Positions 20,746-31,454 of a stretch of 64,000 nucleotides of DNA are shown here, piece by piece. The notes beneath the pieces are model-generated. The model had not been told where the DNA came from and did not search any database. It saw only the letters and a list, made by a program, of their open reading frames with translations. The number at the start of each line of letters is the position of its first letter. Positions within the stretch are counted from its first letter, which is position 1. Source of the DNA: Candidatus Neoclostridium roslinense (lineage in GTDB: Bacteria; Bacillota; Clostridia; Christensenellales; Pumilibacteraceae); contig CAJFHH010000014.1 in assembly GCA_904379005.1 (NCBI GenBank), positions 13,556-77,555 of the forward strand. The letters run 5' to 3'. Position numbers and translations under genes: made by a program.

Positions 20746-23442
20746 ATGGGACTATTTTCTTTTTTTGCCAATGCGGACAACCGCAAAAGCATAAAGCGAT
20801 TGCAAACCATAGTAGATAAGGTCAACGCGCAGGAAAGCCGTTTTGCCGCCATGAGCGACGACGAGCTGCGCGGCATGACAGACATATTCCGCGACAGACT
20901 CCGCAACAATTACGAGACGCTGAACGATATTCTGCCCGAGGCCTTTGCCGTAGTGCGCGAGGCGGGCAAGAGAGTGCTCGAGATGCGCCACTTCGACGTT
21001 CAGATAATGGGCGGCGCGTGTCTGCATCAAGGCCGTATCGCCGAGATGCGCACCGGTGAAGGAAAGACGCTGGTGGCAACGCTGCCGGCCTATCTTAACG
21101 CGCTGGAAGGCAAGGGCGTGCATATCGTCACGGTAAACGATTATCTGGCAAAACGTGACGCCGAGTGGATGGGTAAAATACACAGGTTTTTGGGTCTTAC
21201 CGTCGGCGTGGCGGTTTCCGGCATGGACAACAAAGAAAAGCGCGCCGCTTACGCCTGCGACATTACTTACGCCACCAACAACGAACTGGGCTTTGACTAC
21301 CTGCGCGACAATATGGTTACGCGCGCCCGGGATAAAGTGCAGCGCGAACTCAATTTCGCGATTATCGACGAGGTGGACAGCATTCTCATAGACGAGGCTC
21401 GTACCCCGCTTATTATTTCCGGACGGGGCGGCAAGTCCAGCGAGATGTATGTCCAGGCTCAGGCCTTTGCCCGCACGTTAAAGCCCGACGATTATGAGAT
21501 AGAAGAAAAGAAAAAGGCGATAAACCTTTCGGAAAGCGGCATTACCAAAGCGGAAAAGTTTTTCAACGTCGAAAACCTTGCCGACCTTGACAATACCGAA
21601 CTAAACCATTACATCAACAACGCTCTGCGCGCCAACTTCATCATGAAACGCGATCAGGACTATATCGTCGATAAAAACGAAGTGTTAATTGTCGACGAGT
21701 TTACCGGCCGCGTCATGGTGGGCAGACGTTACAGCGAAGGCCTGCACCAGGCAATCGAGGCAAAAGAACACGTTCGCATACAGTCGGAAAACAAGACGAT
21801 GGCAACCATCACTTTCCAGAACTTTTTCCGTCTTTATCCCAAGCTTTCGGGTATGACGGGTACCGCCAAGACCGAAGAGACGGAGTTTAAGGGAATATAC
21901 AATTTGGACGTCGTCACCATTCCCACAAACAAGCCCAACGCCCGTATAGACGAAAACGACGTCATATACAAGACGGTAAAAGCCAAACTGGACGCAGTTG
22001 TCGCCGATATCACCGATTGCTATATGCGCGGTCAACCCGTGCTTGTCGGTACGACTACCGTCGAAAAGAGCGAGCACTTGTCCACCATGCTGCGCCATAA
22101 CAAAATTCCCCATTCGGTGTTAAACGCCAAAAACCACGAACGCGAAGCGGAGATAATAGCGCAGGCGGGCAAAAAAGGCTCGGTCACCATCGCCACCAAC
22201 ATGGCGGGCCGCGGTACCGATATTCTGCTGGGCGGCAACCCCGAATATCTCGCCTTGCAGCGCATGAGAAAAGAGGGCATGCCCGAAGAGGAAGTTTCCG
22301 CTGCTGTGTCCTATTATAATACCGACGACGAGGCGGTGCTGCACGCGCGTGCCGTTTTCAGACAGTATTATGACGAATTTAAGAAGGAGACCGACAAAAA
22401 CAAAGCCGAAGTCATAGCGGTGGGCGGTTTGCGCATAATCGGCACCGAGCGCCATGAATCGCGTCGTATAGACAACCAGCTGCGCGGTCGTGCCGGCCGT
22501 CAGGGCGATATAGGATCGACCATATTCTATTTGAGTATGGAGGACGACGTTCTGCGTCTTTTCGGCGGCGAGCGCATGCAGGCGATAGCCAACGCTTTCG
22601 GCACCGACGACAATACGCCGCTTTCGATGGGACTATTGAGCAAGGCCATCGAAAACGCCCAGCGCAGTATCGAAGGCCGCAACTACGACATTCGTAAGCA
22701 GGTCCTCGAATACGATAACGTCATGAATCAGCAGCGTACCATTATTTACAGCGAGCGCAATAAGGTGCTTTACGGCGAAAACATCCACAACGAAATTCTC
22801 GCCATGATGAAGGACGAAGTCAGCGTCATCGTCGACGACTATACCGATCCGCACAAAGACTGGCCCGAATGGGATTATGAGGAACTCAATAAGGAAATCG
22901 AGCGCAAACTGCTGCCGGGCGACCCCGAATTCCTCACTCGGGACAGGCTGGAAAAGTGGACGCTATCCGAGATTAAAGACCAGATTTACAACGCGATGAT
23001 GGCGTATTACGACGCAAAAATCGACTCGGCAAAACAGCTGGGGCTGGATTTTTCGGAAGTGGAAAGAGTGATCTTGCTGCGCGCCGTCGACTTCCGCTGG
23101 ATGGACCACATCGATCAGATGGACTTTTTGCGCCGCGGAATAGGCCTTAAAGCGTACGGCAATCAGGACCCCGTAATAGCCTACAAAAAGGAAGGTTTCG
23201 ACCTTTTCGAGCGCATGAACGCCAACATTCAGTCGGATACGGTGAGCATGCTTATGCACGTCAACATCGAAAAGGCGCCCTCGCGCGAGGAAAAGAAGGT
23301 GGATCTCGTCATGTCGGGCGGCAGTGAAGGCGCAAAATCGCCGCGGCAGGCTCAGGCGGTTTCCAAAAAGATAGGCCGCAACGATCCCTGTCCCTGCGGC
23401 AGCGGAAAAAAATACAAAAACTGCTGCGGAAAAAATCAATAA
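20746..23442 (+). CDS. secA: Preprotein translocase ATPase SecA
   Basis: DEAD-like motor motifs (MRTGEGKTLVATL, FAIIDEVDSILIDEARTPLIISG, TNMAGRGTDI) and the C-terminal zinc finger CPCGSGKKYKNCCG. Confidence 0.97.
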   Translation: MGLFSFFANADNRKSIKRLQTIVDKVNAQESRFAAMSDDELRGMTDIFRDRLRNNYETLNDILPEAFAVVREAGKRVLEMRHFDVQIMGGACLHQGRIAEMRTGEGKTLVATLPAYLNALEGKGVHIVTVNDYLAKRDAEWMGKIHRFLGLTVGVAVSGMDNKEKRAAYACDITYATNNELGFDYLRDNMVTRARDKVQRELNFAIIDEVDSILIDEARTPLIISGRGGKSSEMYVQAQAFARTLKPDDYEIEEKKKAINLSESGITKAEKFFNVENLADLDNTELNHYINNALRANFIMKRDQDYIVDKNEVLIVDEFTGRVMVGRRYSEGLHQAIEAKEHVRIQSENKTMATITFQNFFRLYPKLSGMTGTAKTEETEFKGIYNLDVVTIPTNKPNARIDENDVIYKTVKAKLDAVVADITDCYMRGQPVLVGTTTVEKSEHLSTMLRHNKIPHSVLNAKNHEREAEIIAQAGKKGSVTIATNMAGRGTDILLGGNPEYLALQRMRKEGMPEEEVSAAVSYYNTDDEAVLHARAVFRQYYDEFKKETDKNKAEVIAVGGLRIIGTERHESRRIDNQLRGRAGRQGDIGSTIFYLSMEDDVLRLFGGERMQAIANAFGTDDNTPLSMGLLSKAIENAQRSIEGRNYDIRKQVLEYDNVMNQQRTIIYSERNKVLYGENIHNEILAMMKDEVSVIVDDYTDPHKDWPEWDYEELNKEIERKLLPGDPEFLTRDRLEKWTLSEIKDQIYNAMMAYYDAKIDSAKQLGLDFSEVERVILLRAVDFRWMDHIDQMDFLRRGIGLKAYGNQDPVIAYKKEGFDLFERMNANIQSDTVSMLMHVNIEKAPSREEKKVDLVMSGGSEGAKSPRQAQAVSKKIGRNDPCPCGSGKKYKNCCGKNQ

Positions 23443-23534
23443 AACCAATTACGCCGGGAGCATAAACAACTCTCGGCTTGATTTTGGAAAATAACGGTAT
23501 GGTTTTGGCGCATACGACACAATAAAGAGGATAT

Positions 23535-24635
23535 ATGTTAATATTAGACGATTTAAAGTTCAAACTAAAAAATCTGCGCACGCTGTTCGACGGCGTTTGC
23601 AAGGCCTTTGACGTAGAACATCTCAAAAAAAAGGCCGACGACCTTGCCCGGCAGCAGCAGGACCCCGACTTGTACAGCAATCCCAAGCGCGCCGCCGAAA
23701 TTAACGCGGAGGCAAAGTACACGCAGGAAAGGCTAAGCACTCTTAAGCGTCTGCAAGGCGGACTCGACGACCTCGAAACGCTTATCGAGCTGGTGGAAAA
23801 CGAAAAGGACAACGAAAGTTATGAAGGCGAGCTCAATTCCACCTACGACGCGCTGGAAAAAGAAATAAACGAATTGAATCTCGAAACGCTGCTTAAAGGC
23901 GAGTACGACAAAAACAACGCCATTTTAATGCTGCAGGCGGGCGCGGGCGGCACCGAGGCCCAGGACTGGGTGAGCATGCTTTACAGAATGTATCGCATGT
24001 ATGCCGAAAAGCGCGGCTATACCGTGGAAGAGCTGGACCGCATAGAGGGCGACGTCGCCGGAATAAAGTCGGTTTCGTTTATGGTAAAAGGAGTCAACGC
24101 ATACGGTTACTTAAAGGCGGAAAAGGGCGTTCACCGTCTGGTGAGGATTTCGCCTTTCGACGCCAACGCGCGCCGGCACACGTCCTTTGCCAGCCTTGAA
24201 GTCATGCCGGAAATAGAAAACGACACCAGTATAGAGATTCGGCCCGAAGACATACGCGTCGACACCTATCGTTCGGGCGGAGCGGGCGGCCAGCACATCA
24301 ACAAAACCGACAGCGCCGTCAGAATCACGCACTTAAAGACGGGTATCGTCGTCCAGTGCCAAAACGAGCGTTCGCAGATCCAAAACCGCGAAACCGCCAT
24401 GAAAATGCTTGTCAGCAAGCTTGTCGAACTGCGCGAGCGCGAAAACCAGGAAAAAGCCAATTCCATAAAGGGCGAAATCAAAAAAATCGAATGGGGCAGC
24501 CAGATACGGTCATACGTCTTCCAGCCCTATACTTTGGTGAAAGACCATCGCACCGGCTATGAAAACAGCGATATCGCCGCCGTCATGGACGGAGACATCG
24601 AGCCTTTTATAGACGATTATTTGCGTAAATCATGA
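23535..24635 (+). CDS. prfB: Peptide chain release factor 2, encoded in one continuous frame
   Basis: SPF tripeptide (RISPFD) and GGQ motif (SGGAGGQHINKT). A single ORF runs from the ATG behind AAAGAGG, and no frameshift is needed. Confidence 0.93.
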   Translation: MLILDDLKFKLKNLRTLFDGVCKAFDVEHLKKKADDLARQQQDPDLYSNPKRAAEINAEAKYTQERLSTLKRLQGGLDDLETLIELVENEKDNESYEGELNSTYDALEKEINELNLETLLKGEYDKNNAILMLQAGAGGTEAQDWVSMLYRMYRMYAEKRGYTVEELDRIEGDVAGIKSVSFMVKGVNAYGYLKAEKGVHRLVRISPFDANARRHTSFASLEVMPEIENDTSIEIRPEDIRVDTYRSGGAGGQHINKTDSAVRITHLKTGIVVQCQNERSQIQNRETAMKMLVSKLVELRERENQEKANSIKGEIKKIEWGSQIRSYVFQPYTLVKDHRTGYENSDIAAVMDGDIEPFIDDYLRKS

Positions 24636-24639
24636 AAAT

Positions 24640-25698
24640 ATGTACGATATTTTGCAAAAATACCAACAATTAAGGACAAAACAAGACGTTTTGGTGCTGG
24701 GAATAGAGAGTTCGTGCGATGAAACGGCCTGCGCCGTGGTAAAAAACGGCAGAGAAGTGTTGTCGAACATTATAGCGTCACAGATAGAAGTGCACCGCAG
24801 GTTCGGCGGAGTGGTGCCCGAAGTGGCGTCCAGAAATCACACCATGGCCATCACGTCGTGCATTGACTCCGCGCTAAAAGACGCGGCGGTGACAATGGAG
24901 CAAATCGACGCCGTGGCGGTTACTTACGGCGCGGGGTTGGCGGGAGCGCTGCTGGTGGGAGTTACTGCGGCAAAGGCGCTTGCCATGGCGTGCGACAAGC
25001 CGCTTATCGCCGTCAATCATATCGAAGGACACATTGCCGCTAATTTTGTGCAGTTTAAGCAGCTGGAGCCGCCTTTTCTCGCGCTGGTGGCGTCGGGCGG
25101 ACATACCATGATGATAGACGTCCGCGGCTATTGCGATTATCGCTATATGGGCGGCACTACCGACGACGCGATTGGCGAAATGTTCGACAAGGTGGCGCGG
25201 CTTTTGGGACTTCCCTATCCCGGCGGGCCCGAAATAGACAGGCTGGCAAAAAAGGGCCGTCCCGTAATAAAATTTTATCATGTTCACAAGACGGTAAACG
25301 CCGATTTGTCGCTGTCGTATTCGGGTTTGAAGACGGCGGTGGTAAACTATCTGCACAACGCCGAACAGCGCGGCGAGCAGGTGATAAAAGAGGACGTGTG
25401 CGCCTCCGTGACACAAGAGGCGGTATCGCTCCTTACCGATACGGTGTTCGAGGCGGCGCGGCGTGCCGGCAGAAAGACGGTGGTACTTGCCGGCGGAGTG
25501 GCGGCCAACTCGTTCTTGCGGTCGGCGCTTTTTGAACGCGGCAAAAAAGAAGGGTGCGAAGTGTTGTTTCCGCAGCCCGTGTACTGCACCGATAACGCCG
25601 TCATGATTGCGTCGCGGGGTTATTTCAGCATAAGAGAAGGCAAAGATTTGGCGGATTTGTCGCTAAACGCACAGCCTTCGCTGAGGACGGGAGTATGA
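24640..25698 (+). CDS. tsaD: tRNA N6-adenosine threonylcarbamoyltransferase
   Basis: [16 protein letters not shown] metal site and GGVAAN. 352 aa with a short N-terminal extension, so an alternative downstream start is possible. Confidence 0.92.
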   Translation: MYDILQKYQQLRTKQDVLVLGIESSCDETACAVVKNGREVLSNIIASQIEVHRRFGGVVPEVASRNHTMAITSCIDSALKDAAVTMEQIDAVAVTYGAGLAGALLVGVTAAKALAMACDKPLIAVNHIEGHIAANFVQFKQLEPPFLALVASGGHTMMIDVRGYCDYRYMGGTTDDAIGEMFDKVARLLGLPYPGGPEIDRLAKKGRPVIKFYHVHKTVNADLSLSYSGLKTAVVNYLHNAEQRGEQVIKEDVCASVTQEAVSLLTDTVFEAARRAGRKTVVLAGGVAANSFLRSALFERGKKEGCEVLFPQPVYCTDNAVMIASRGYFSIREGKDLADLSLNAQPSLRTGV

Positions 25699-26789
25699 AG
25701 GAAAGAGTGGTTGTGGGAATGAGCGGCGGCGTCGACTCGTCCGTCGCGGCATATATGCTGCAAAAGCAGGGCTATGACGTCGTGGGGCTTTTTATGCACA
25801 ACTGGGAAGACAGCGACGACGGCGTTTGCACTTCCGCCGACGACTGGAACGACGTTACGGGCGTTTGCGGAAAGCTGGGTATTCCCTATTATTCCGTTAA
25901 TTTTGCCGCAGAGTACATGAACAGAGTGTTTAAGTACTTTCTGGACGAATACAAAAAGGGGCGCACGCCCAATCCCGACGTTTTGTGCAACCGCGAAATA
26001 AAGTTCGGGCCGTTTGTCGGATACGCAAAGCAGCTGGGGGCGGACTATATTGCCACGGGGCATTACTGCGATATAGCTAAAGATGACGACGGCACGCCCC
26101 AACTTATTGCCGCCGCCGACCAGTCGAAGGATCAGACGTATTTTTTAAATCAAGTGCGTACCGGACAGCTGAAAAACGTGCTGTTTCCGCTGGGCAATAT
26201 GCAAAAGTTCCAGGTGCGGGAGATAGCGGAGCGCGAAGGACTTATTACCGCCAAAAAGAAAGATTCCACGGGAATATGCTTTATCGGCGAGCGTAAGTTC
26301 AGGCAGTTTCTGGCGCAGTATCTGCCCGGGCAAAAGGGAGATATCGTTACGACCGACGGCAGAAAAGTGGGCGAGCATGCCGGCCTTATGTATTATACGC
26401 TGGGACAGCGCAAGGGCCTGGGCGTCGGCGGTATAGCCGGCGAGGACGCAAACCGCTGGTACGTCGTGGATAAAGATTTGGAGCACAACCGTCTTATCGT
26501 CTCATCGGGCGAAGGAGAGGAACTGTTTTCGTCGGGTCTTATCGCGAGCGGCGTAAACATAATAGGCAAATGGGATAAGAAAACTTTTAATTGCACGGCA
26601 AAATTCCGCTACAGACAAGGCGAGCAAGAGGTTTTTGCGCACATTGACGGCGATAAGTTGAGCGTCGAATTCCAAAAGCCCCAGCGCGCCGTAACGCCCG
26701 GGCAGTATGTGGTTTTGTACACGCAGTCGGACCTTTCCGAAAAGCGGAGATGCCTTGGCGGCGCGGTAATCGATACGGTAATAAAATAG
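25695..26789 (+). CDS. mnmA: tRNA-specific 2-thiouridylase
   Basis: PP-loop [22 protein letters not shown] and [10 protein letters not shown]. The start overlaps the tsaD stop (ATGA). Confidence 0.93.
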   Translation: MKERVVVGMSGGVDSSVAAYMLQKQGYDVVGLFMHNWEDSDDGVCTSADDWNDVTGVCGKLGIPYYSVNFAAEYMNRVFKYFLDEYKKGRTPNPDVLCNREIKFGPFVGYAKQLGADYIATGHYCDIAKDDDGTPQLIAAADQSKDQTYFLNQVRTGQLKNVLFPLGNMQKFQVREIAEREGLITAKKKDSTGICFIGERKFRQFLAQYLPGQKGDIVTTDGRKVGEHAGLMYYTLGQRKGLGVGGIAGEDANRWYVVDKDLEHNRLIVSSGEGEELFSSGLIASGVNIIGKWDKKTFNCTAKFRYRQGEQEVFAHIDGDKLSVEFQKPQRAVTPGQYVVLYTQSDLSEKRRCLGGAVIDTVIK

Positions 26790-26805
26790 TATAAGGAGAA
26801 ATACA

Positions 26806-28971
26806 ATGCAGAGTAAGTACACGGACGAAAGACTAAGAGAAATAATCGCCTCTATGTCTGTAAGAGAGAAGGCGGCGCAGATGACGCAGCTAAACGCAAA
26901 CATAATAGCCACCGACGAAAACGGAGACATTACAGGTCCCGCGCTCAGCATGCACCTGACGAAGGAAGACGTGCTTGCCGTCGGTTCGACGCTAAACTAC
27001 CGCGGAGCGGACAGCATGATTCGCATGCAGAAAGAGCACATGGCGGGCGACCCCAATAAAATACCGCTTGCCGGCATGATGGACGTCATTCACGGCTGCT
27101 GCACGATATACCCCGTGCCTTTGGCTCTCGGATGCACTTTCGAGCCCGAACTTGTCGAAAAGCTGTGCGCTATGGCGGCAAAGGAAGCCACCGCATACGG
27201 TATTCAGGCGACGTTTGCTCCCATGGCGGATCTTGCGCGGGACGCACGCTGGGGCCGTGTTGTCGAAACCGCCGGCGAGGATCCTTACATGAACTCGCTT
27301 TACGCGGCGGCGGCGACGCGCGGTTTTCAGGGCGATGATCTAAGCGACGAGACCAAAGTGGCGGCGTGTCTTAAACATTTTGCCTCTTACGGAGCGGCCG
27401 AAGCCGGACGCGACTACAACACCGTGGACATGAGCGAACGCACTGCGCGCGAATTTTATTGGAAAGCGTACAAGGCGGCGGTGGACGCGGGCGTTGCCAT
27501 GGCGATGACGTCCTTTAACGTTTACGACGGCATTCCGCTTACCGCCAACAAGCATCTCACGCAGGACGTTTTAAGAAAAGAATGGGGCTTTGACGGCGTT
27601 ATAATATCCGATTACAACGCTTTCGGCGAGATGACTACGCACGGCTACGAACAGGACGGCGCACGCATTGCCGACCGTGCCTTCGAGGCGGGTGAGGATA
27701 TAGAGATGATGTCGCTCAACTATCTCGACAACATGGAAAAGCTGGTAAAGAGCGGCAAAATTTCGGAAAGCGAGCTGGACGAATATGTTTTCCGTATTCT
27801 TAAACTCAAACGCGACCTCGGTTTGTTTGACAATCCCCTGCGCGGCATGAGCGCCGAAAGAGAAAAAAGCCAGTGCCTTACCGATGAAAACAGAGCGCTG
27901 GCGCGCGAGGCCGCCGAAAAAAGCGCGGTGTTAATTAAAAATGAGCAAATTCTGCCGCTTAAAGCCGGCAAAATCGCGCTTATAGGACCGTTTGCAGACA
28001 CCGGTGAAATAATAGGAACATGGCATTGTTACGGTGAGGCGGCCGATACGGTTACCGTTAAGGCGGCGATGGAAAAAACCGGACTTGACTTCGCATACGC
28101 CGCCGGCTGCGACTGGAAACTAAAAAGCGACGACGTTTCGGGCTTTGAAGAGGCCGTGGCCGTCGCCCGACGCGCCGATGTGGTGGTAATGTGCGTGGGC
28201 GAGCATCAGGATTACAGCGGCGAGAGCAAGAGCCGCGGCGATATAAGCATACCGACCGTGCAGAAAAAACTCATCGAAGAGATCAAAAAAGTAAACGAAA
28301 ACATTGTGCTATGCATCTTTTGCGGCAGACCGCTTACTCTGACGGACGTACTGCCTTTGTGCAAGGCGGCGGCGGTGGTGTGGCAGCCCGGAACGGAAGG
28401 CGGCAGCGCAATAGTCAATCTGTTGACGGGCAAGGCCAACTTCTCGGGAAAACTCTCCATGACGTTCCCCTGTCACGTCGCGCAGTGCCCCATATACTAC
28501 AACCATATGTCCACCGGCAGACCCAAGCCGAGCGAAGATTTCGACGGCTCGTACGTCTCCATGTATGTGGACATTCCCAACGCGCCGCTGTTTCCCTACG
28601 GGTACGGCTTGTCATACTCGCAGTTTGAAATAGGGAAAGTGAGGCTTTCGAGCGATAAGCTGGAGCGCGGCGGAAAAATCACGGCGTCGGTTTCTGTCGC
28701 CAATACCTCTAAAACCGACGGATACGCGACGATACAGCTGTATATACATGACCTTTTCGCCTCGCGCGTGCGCCCCGTTAAAGAACTGAAAGCTTATAAG
28801 AAAGTCTATATCAAAGCGGGCGAAAGCATTGACGTTTGTATGGATATCGACGAAAATATGCTTAAATTCTGGGACGAAAACATGAAATATCTGGCGGAAA
28901 ACGGCGAGTTTGACGTCTACGTCGGCGAAGACAGCTCCACCGAAAATTCGGCGCGTTTTACGCTTGCGTGA
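26806..28971 (+). CDS. Glycoside hydrolase family 3 beta-glucosidase (BglX-like)
   Basis: GH3 motifs (RWGRVVETAGEDPY, KHFASYG, GFDGVIISDY) and a C-terminal Fn3-like domain. RBS AAGGAG. Confidence 0.85.
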   Translation: MQSKYTDERLREIIASMSVREKAAQMTQLNANIIATDENGDITGPALSMHLTKEDVLAVGSTLNYRGADSMIRMQKEHMAGDPNKIPLAGMMDVIHGCCTIYPVPLALGCTFEPELVEKLCAMAAKEATAYGIQATFAPMADLARDARWGRVVETAGEDPYMNSLYAAAATRGFQGDDLSDETKVAACLKHFASYGAAEAGRDYNTVDMSERTAREFYWKAYKAAVDAGVAMAMTSFNVYDGIPLTANKHLTQDVLRKEWGFDGVIISDYNAFGEMTTHGYEQDGARIADRAFEAGEDIEMMSLNYLDNMEKLVKSGKISESELDEYVFRILKLKRDLGLFDNPLRGMSAEREKSQCLTDENRALAREAAEKSAVLIKNEQILPLKAGKIALIGPFADTGEIIGTWHCYGEAADTVTVKAAMEKTGLDFAYAAGCDWKLKSDDVSGFEEAVAVARRADVVVMCVGEHQDYSGESKSRGDISIPTVQKKLIEEIKKVNENIVLCIFCGRPLTLTDVLPLCKAAAVVWQPGTEGGSAIVNLLTGKANFSGKLSMTFPCHVAQCPIYYNHMSTGRPKPSEDFDGSYVSMYVDIPNAPLFPYGYGLSYSQFEIGKVRLSSDKLERGGKITASVSVANTSKTDGYATIQLYIHDLFASRVRPVKELKAYKKVYIKAGESIDVCMDIDENMLKFWDENMKYLAENGEFDVYVGEDSSTENSARFTLA

Positions 28972-29099
28972 TAGTCTTTTGGCATCGTGCGGGCGGATAT
29001 TTTCCCTAAGAGCAGGCGGGCGTTGCGATGAAATACCGCCGCAAGCGCGATTATGCCGCAGTTTAATAAAAATAAAAAAATAAATTATTCGTAAATGTA

Positions 29100-29128
29100 T
29101 TGACAAAACACGGATTGTGTAATATTAT
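29100..29128 (+). promoter_or_regulatory. Sigma-A type promoter upstream of the VTC-domain gene
   Basis: TTGACA (29100-29105), 17-nt spacer, TATTAT (29123-29128). Confidence 0.45.
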
Positions 29129-29170
29129 TATATTATAGCTTTACAAAAAAGTTAAAAAAATTTACGGGTA

Positions 29171-29899
29171 ATGATGATGAGCAGCGTTTTTCTTAGAAAA
29201 GAGACAAAGTATATTCTCAATTCAAAGAGTTATGAAACGCTGCTTTTTATTATGCGCGCGCACATGAAACGCGACAAATACGGCAGGCAAACCGTAAACA
29301 ACGTGTACTTCGACAACGACAGCTACGAGCTCATATCGCGTTCCATCGAAAAGCCGGTTTATAAGGAAAAGGTGCGTATGCGCGTTTACGGCAGGCCGGA
29401 TGAGACCAGCCCCGCGTTTTTCGAAATCAAAAAAAAGTATGACGGAGTGGTCTTTAAGCGCCGAATAAGCACCGATGTCGGGGCGATGCAAAGGTACATT
29501 GACGAGGGCCGACCCATAGACGACAGCCAGATTTTCAGGGAAATAGACTATGTGTACAGGATAAAAAAACTGTCGCCCAAAGTGGTGCTCGCATACGAGA
29601 GAGAGGCCTATTACTGCAGTTACGACGAAAATCTGCGCATTACTTTCGATACGGGCATAAGATTCAGGACAGATTTTCTCGACATAACAAAAAAGGCGCC
29701 CATGACGTTTCTCACCGGCGGCGACGTCGTGCTTATGGAAATAAAATGTCTTTTGGGATATCCGCGTTGGCTTATCGATTTTTTGACGCGCAACGGCATA
29801 TACAAGACGTCCTTTTCAAAGTACGGAAAGGTTTATACGGACGCGATTCTTTGCGACAGCGAGGCAAAACTAAAGGAGAAAATTTTATGTTCAGTTTAG
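29171..29899 (+). CDS. VTC-domain (polyphosphate-polymerase-like, CYTH-related) protein
   Basis: ETKYIL, VNNVYFDNDSYEL, FFEIKKKYDGVVFKRR and VLMEIK resemble bacterial VTC-domain proteins. It overlaps the next gene by 13 nt. Confidence 0.7.
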   Translation: MMMSSVFLRKETKYILNSKSYETLLFIMRAHMKRDKYGRQTVNNVYFDNDSYELISRSIEKPVYKEKVRMRVYGRPDETSPAFFEIKKKYDGVVFKRRISTDVGAMQRYIDEGRPIDDSQIFREIDYVYRIKKLSPKVVLAYEREAYYCSYDENLRITFDTGIRFRTDFLDITKKAPMTFLTGGDVVLMEIKCLLGYPRWLIDFLTRNGIYKTSFSKYGKVYTDAILCDSEAKLKEKILCSV

Positions 29900-30555
29900 A
29901 CACGACCACGACAGAGGGAATACTTTACAGCATGGCGTTTGCGTTGTTGTTCGGCGCGGTTACGGCGGTAGTGTACGCCGTCAAAAACCGCTATTCCCGC
30001 AACATGTTCATTTCGCTTATAGTGCTGCCGGTGGCGATAGGCGCCGTTCTTACGCTCATAAATACCAATCTGAGCGGGGGAGTGGGCGTGGGAATAGCCA
30101 TCGCGGGCGCTTTCAGTCTTTTAAGATTTCGTTCGGTGCCGGGTACGGCGCTTGACATAACGTATGTCTTTATAGCTCTCGTATCGGGCGTTACGGCGGC
30201 GACGGGGCAGGTGGCGTACGGCGGAATAGCCGTGGGAGCGACGCTGCTCATTCTGCTGATTTTCAAGTTCATTCCCGACAAAAAGCGCAAAAGCAATATG
30301 CGTTCGCTGCGTCTTACCGTGCCCGAGAGCCTTAATTATGCCGAGGCTTTTGAAGAAGTATTAAAACAATATGCGCTGTCTTACGAGCTGGTAAAGGTAA
30401 AAACTACCAATATGGGCAGTACGTTTGAACTTATTTACGATATCATGCTTAAAAACGGCGCCGACGAAAAGCAGTTTATAGACGATTTGCGCGTTCGGAA
30501 CGGCAATCTGCCCATTTCATGCAGTGTGCTTGTCGGCAGCAACGAACAGCTGTAA
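29887..30555 (+). CDS. DUF4956-like membrane protein, the usual partner of bacterial VTC-domain proteins
   Basis: Four N-terminal hydrophobic helices with LLRFRSVPG, followed by a soluble C-terminal domain. The start was moved to ATG 29887 (MFSLDTTT); the track ORF begins inside the VTC gene. Confidence 0.65.
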   Translation: MFSLDTTTTEGILYSMAFALLFGAVTAVVYAVKNRYSRNMFISLIVLPVAIGAVLTLINTNLSGGVGVGIAIAGAFSLLRFRSVPGTALDITYVFIALVSGVTAATGQVAYGGIAVGATLLILLIFKFIPDKKRKSNMRSLRLTVPESLNYAEAFEEVLKQYALSYELVKVKTTNMGSTFELIYDIMLKNGADEKQFIDDLRVRNGNLPISCSVLVGSNEQL

Positions 30556-30636
30556 AAAAATAATAAAAAAAGCGCAGGCTGTAGAAACGCCCGCGCCTTT
30601 TTTGCGCCTAAACGCCGAGTTAAACCGGTAATTGCG

Positions 30637-31454
30637 TCAAGTTGCGATTATTCCGGCGGCGCGCAGAGAAGCAAGCAGCGCGTTTAGGGTGTTGGCAACG
30701 TCGTCTGCCGAAGGGGACGCCTGAACGTCCGATACCGCCGTGCCTTGCGTTACGGAGCCGGCAGGACCCTGGGGGCCTTGGGGACCTGTGGGGCCCGTGG
30801 GACCGACTGCACCAGCAGCGCCTGCCGTACCCTGAGGGCCTTGGGGACCTGTGGGGCCTGTGGGACCGACTGCGCCTGTAGCGCCAGCAGCGCCTGCCGT
30901 ACCCTGAGGGCCTTGGGGACCTGTGGGGCCTGTGGGACCGACTGCGCCAGCAGCGCCTGCCGTACCCTGTGGGCCTTGGGGACCTGTGGGGCCTGTGGGA
31001 CCGACTGCGCCAGCAGCGCCTGCCGTACCCTGGGGGCCTTGGGGACCTGTGGGGCCTGTGGGACCGACTTACCCTGGGGGCCTTGGGGGCCGGTGGGACC
31101 CGTGGGACCGACTGCACCGGCAGCGCCTGCCGTACCCTGAGGGCCTTGGGGACCTGTGGGACCCGTGGGGCCGACTGCACCTGTAGCGCCTACCGGGCCT
31201 TGAGCGCCCATAGGACCCTGGGGACCTGTGGGACCTATCTCTCCCGCCGCGCCGCGCGGACCTTGAACGCCCGGCGGACCTTGCAGACCCGTTTGACCCA
31301 TTGGACCGACAGGGCCTCTCGGACCCATTGGCCCCGTAGGACCGGTAGGACCGATTATAGGCGGCGGACAATCGGGGCAGGGCGGACAGGGCGACGGCAT
31401 ATTGTTGTCGCAGCCGTTGTTGCAGCCGCAGCCGCAAAATCTACGAAAAAACAT
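30637..31454 (-). pseudogene. Collagen-like (Gly-X-Y) surface protein gene whose triple-helix frame is broken by a 19-nt deletion in a tandem repeat (or an assembly collapse)
   Basis: ATG 31454 sits behind AAGGAGG. The product starts [27 protein letters not shown] and then runs [16 protein letters not shown]...GPQGPQG. At 31069-31071 the GXY frame hits TAA while the annotated frame drifts into VPQAPQVPK. The GXY reading resumes one base out of frame and continues to TGA 30637-30639, ending ...[43 protein letters not shown]. Confidence 0.65.
30767..31134. repeat. 63-bp tandem repeat array inside the collagen-like gene
   Basis: Units begin at 30767, 30830 (72 nt, carrying a 9-nt insertion), 30902, 30965, 31028 (only 44 nt, which is 63 minus 19) and 31072. 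The consensus on the + strand is ccctgRgggccttggggacctgtggggcctgtgggaccgactgcgccagcagcgcctgccgta. Confidence 0.9.

Noticed and set aside
23492-23612. A programmed +1 frameshift in prfB. The classic heptamer CTT TGA C is present at 23606-23612.
   Set aside because: The heptamer is read in frame as (GC)C TTT GAC, giving Ala-Phe-Asp, within one continuous ORF from ATG 23535 behind AAAGAGG. The frame that would read CTT TGA is closed by a TAA at 23492-23494. It contains no ATG or GTG, only a TTG four codons before the TGA. No frameshift is therefore required or possible, and the heptamer looks like a relic or a coincidence.
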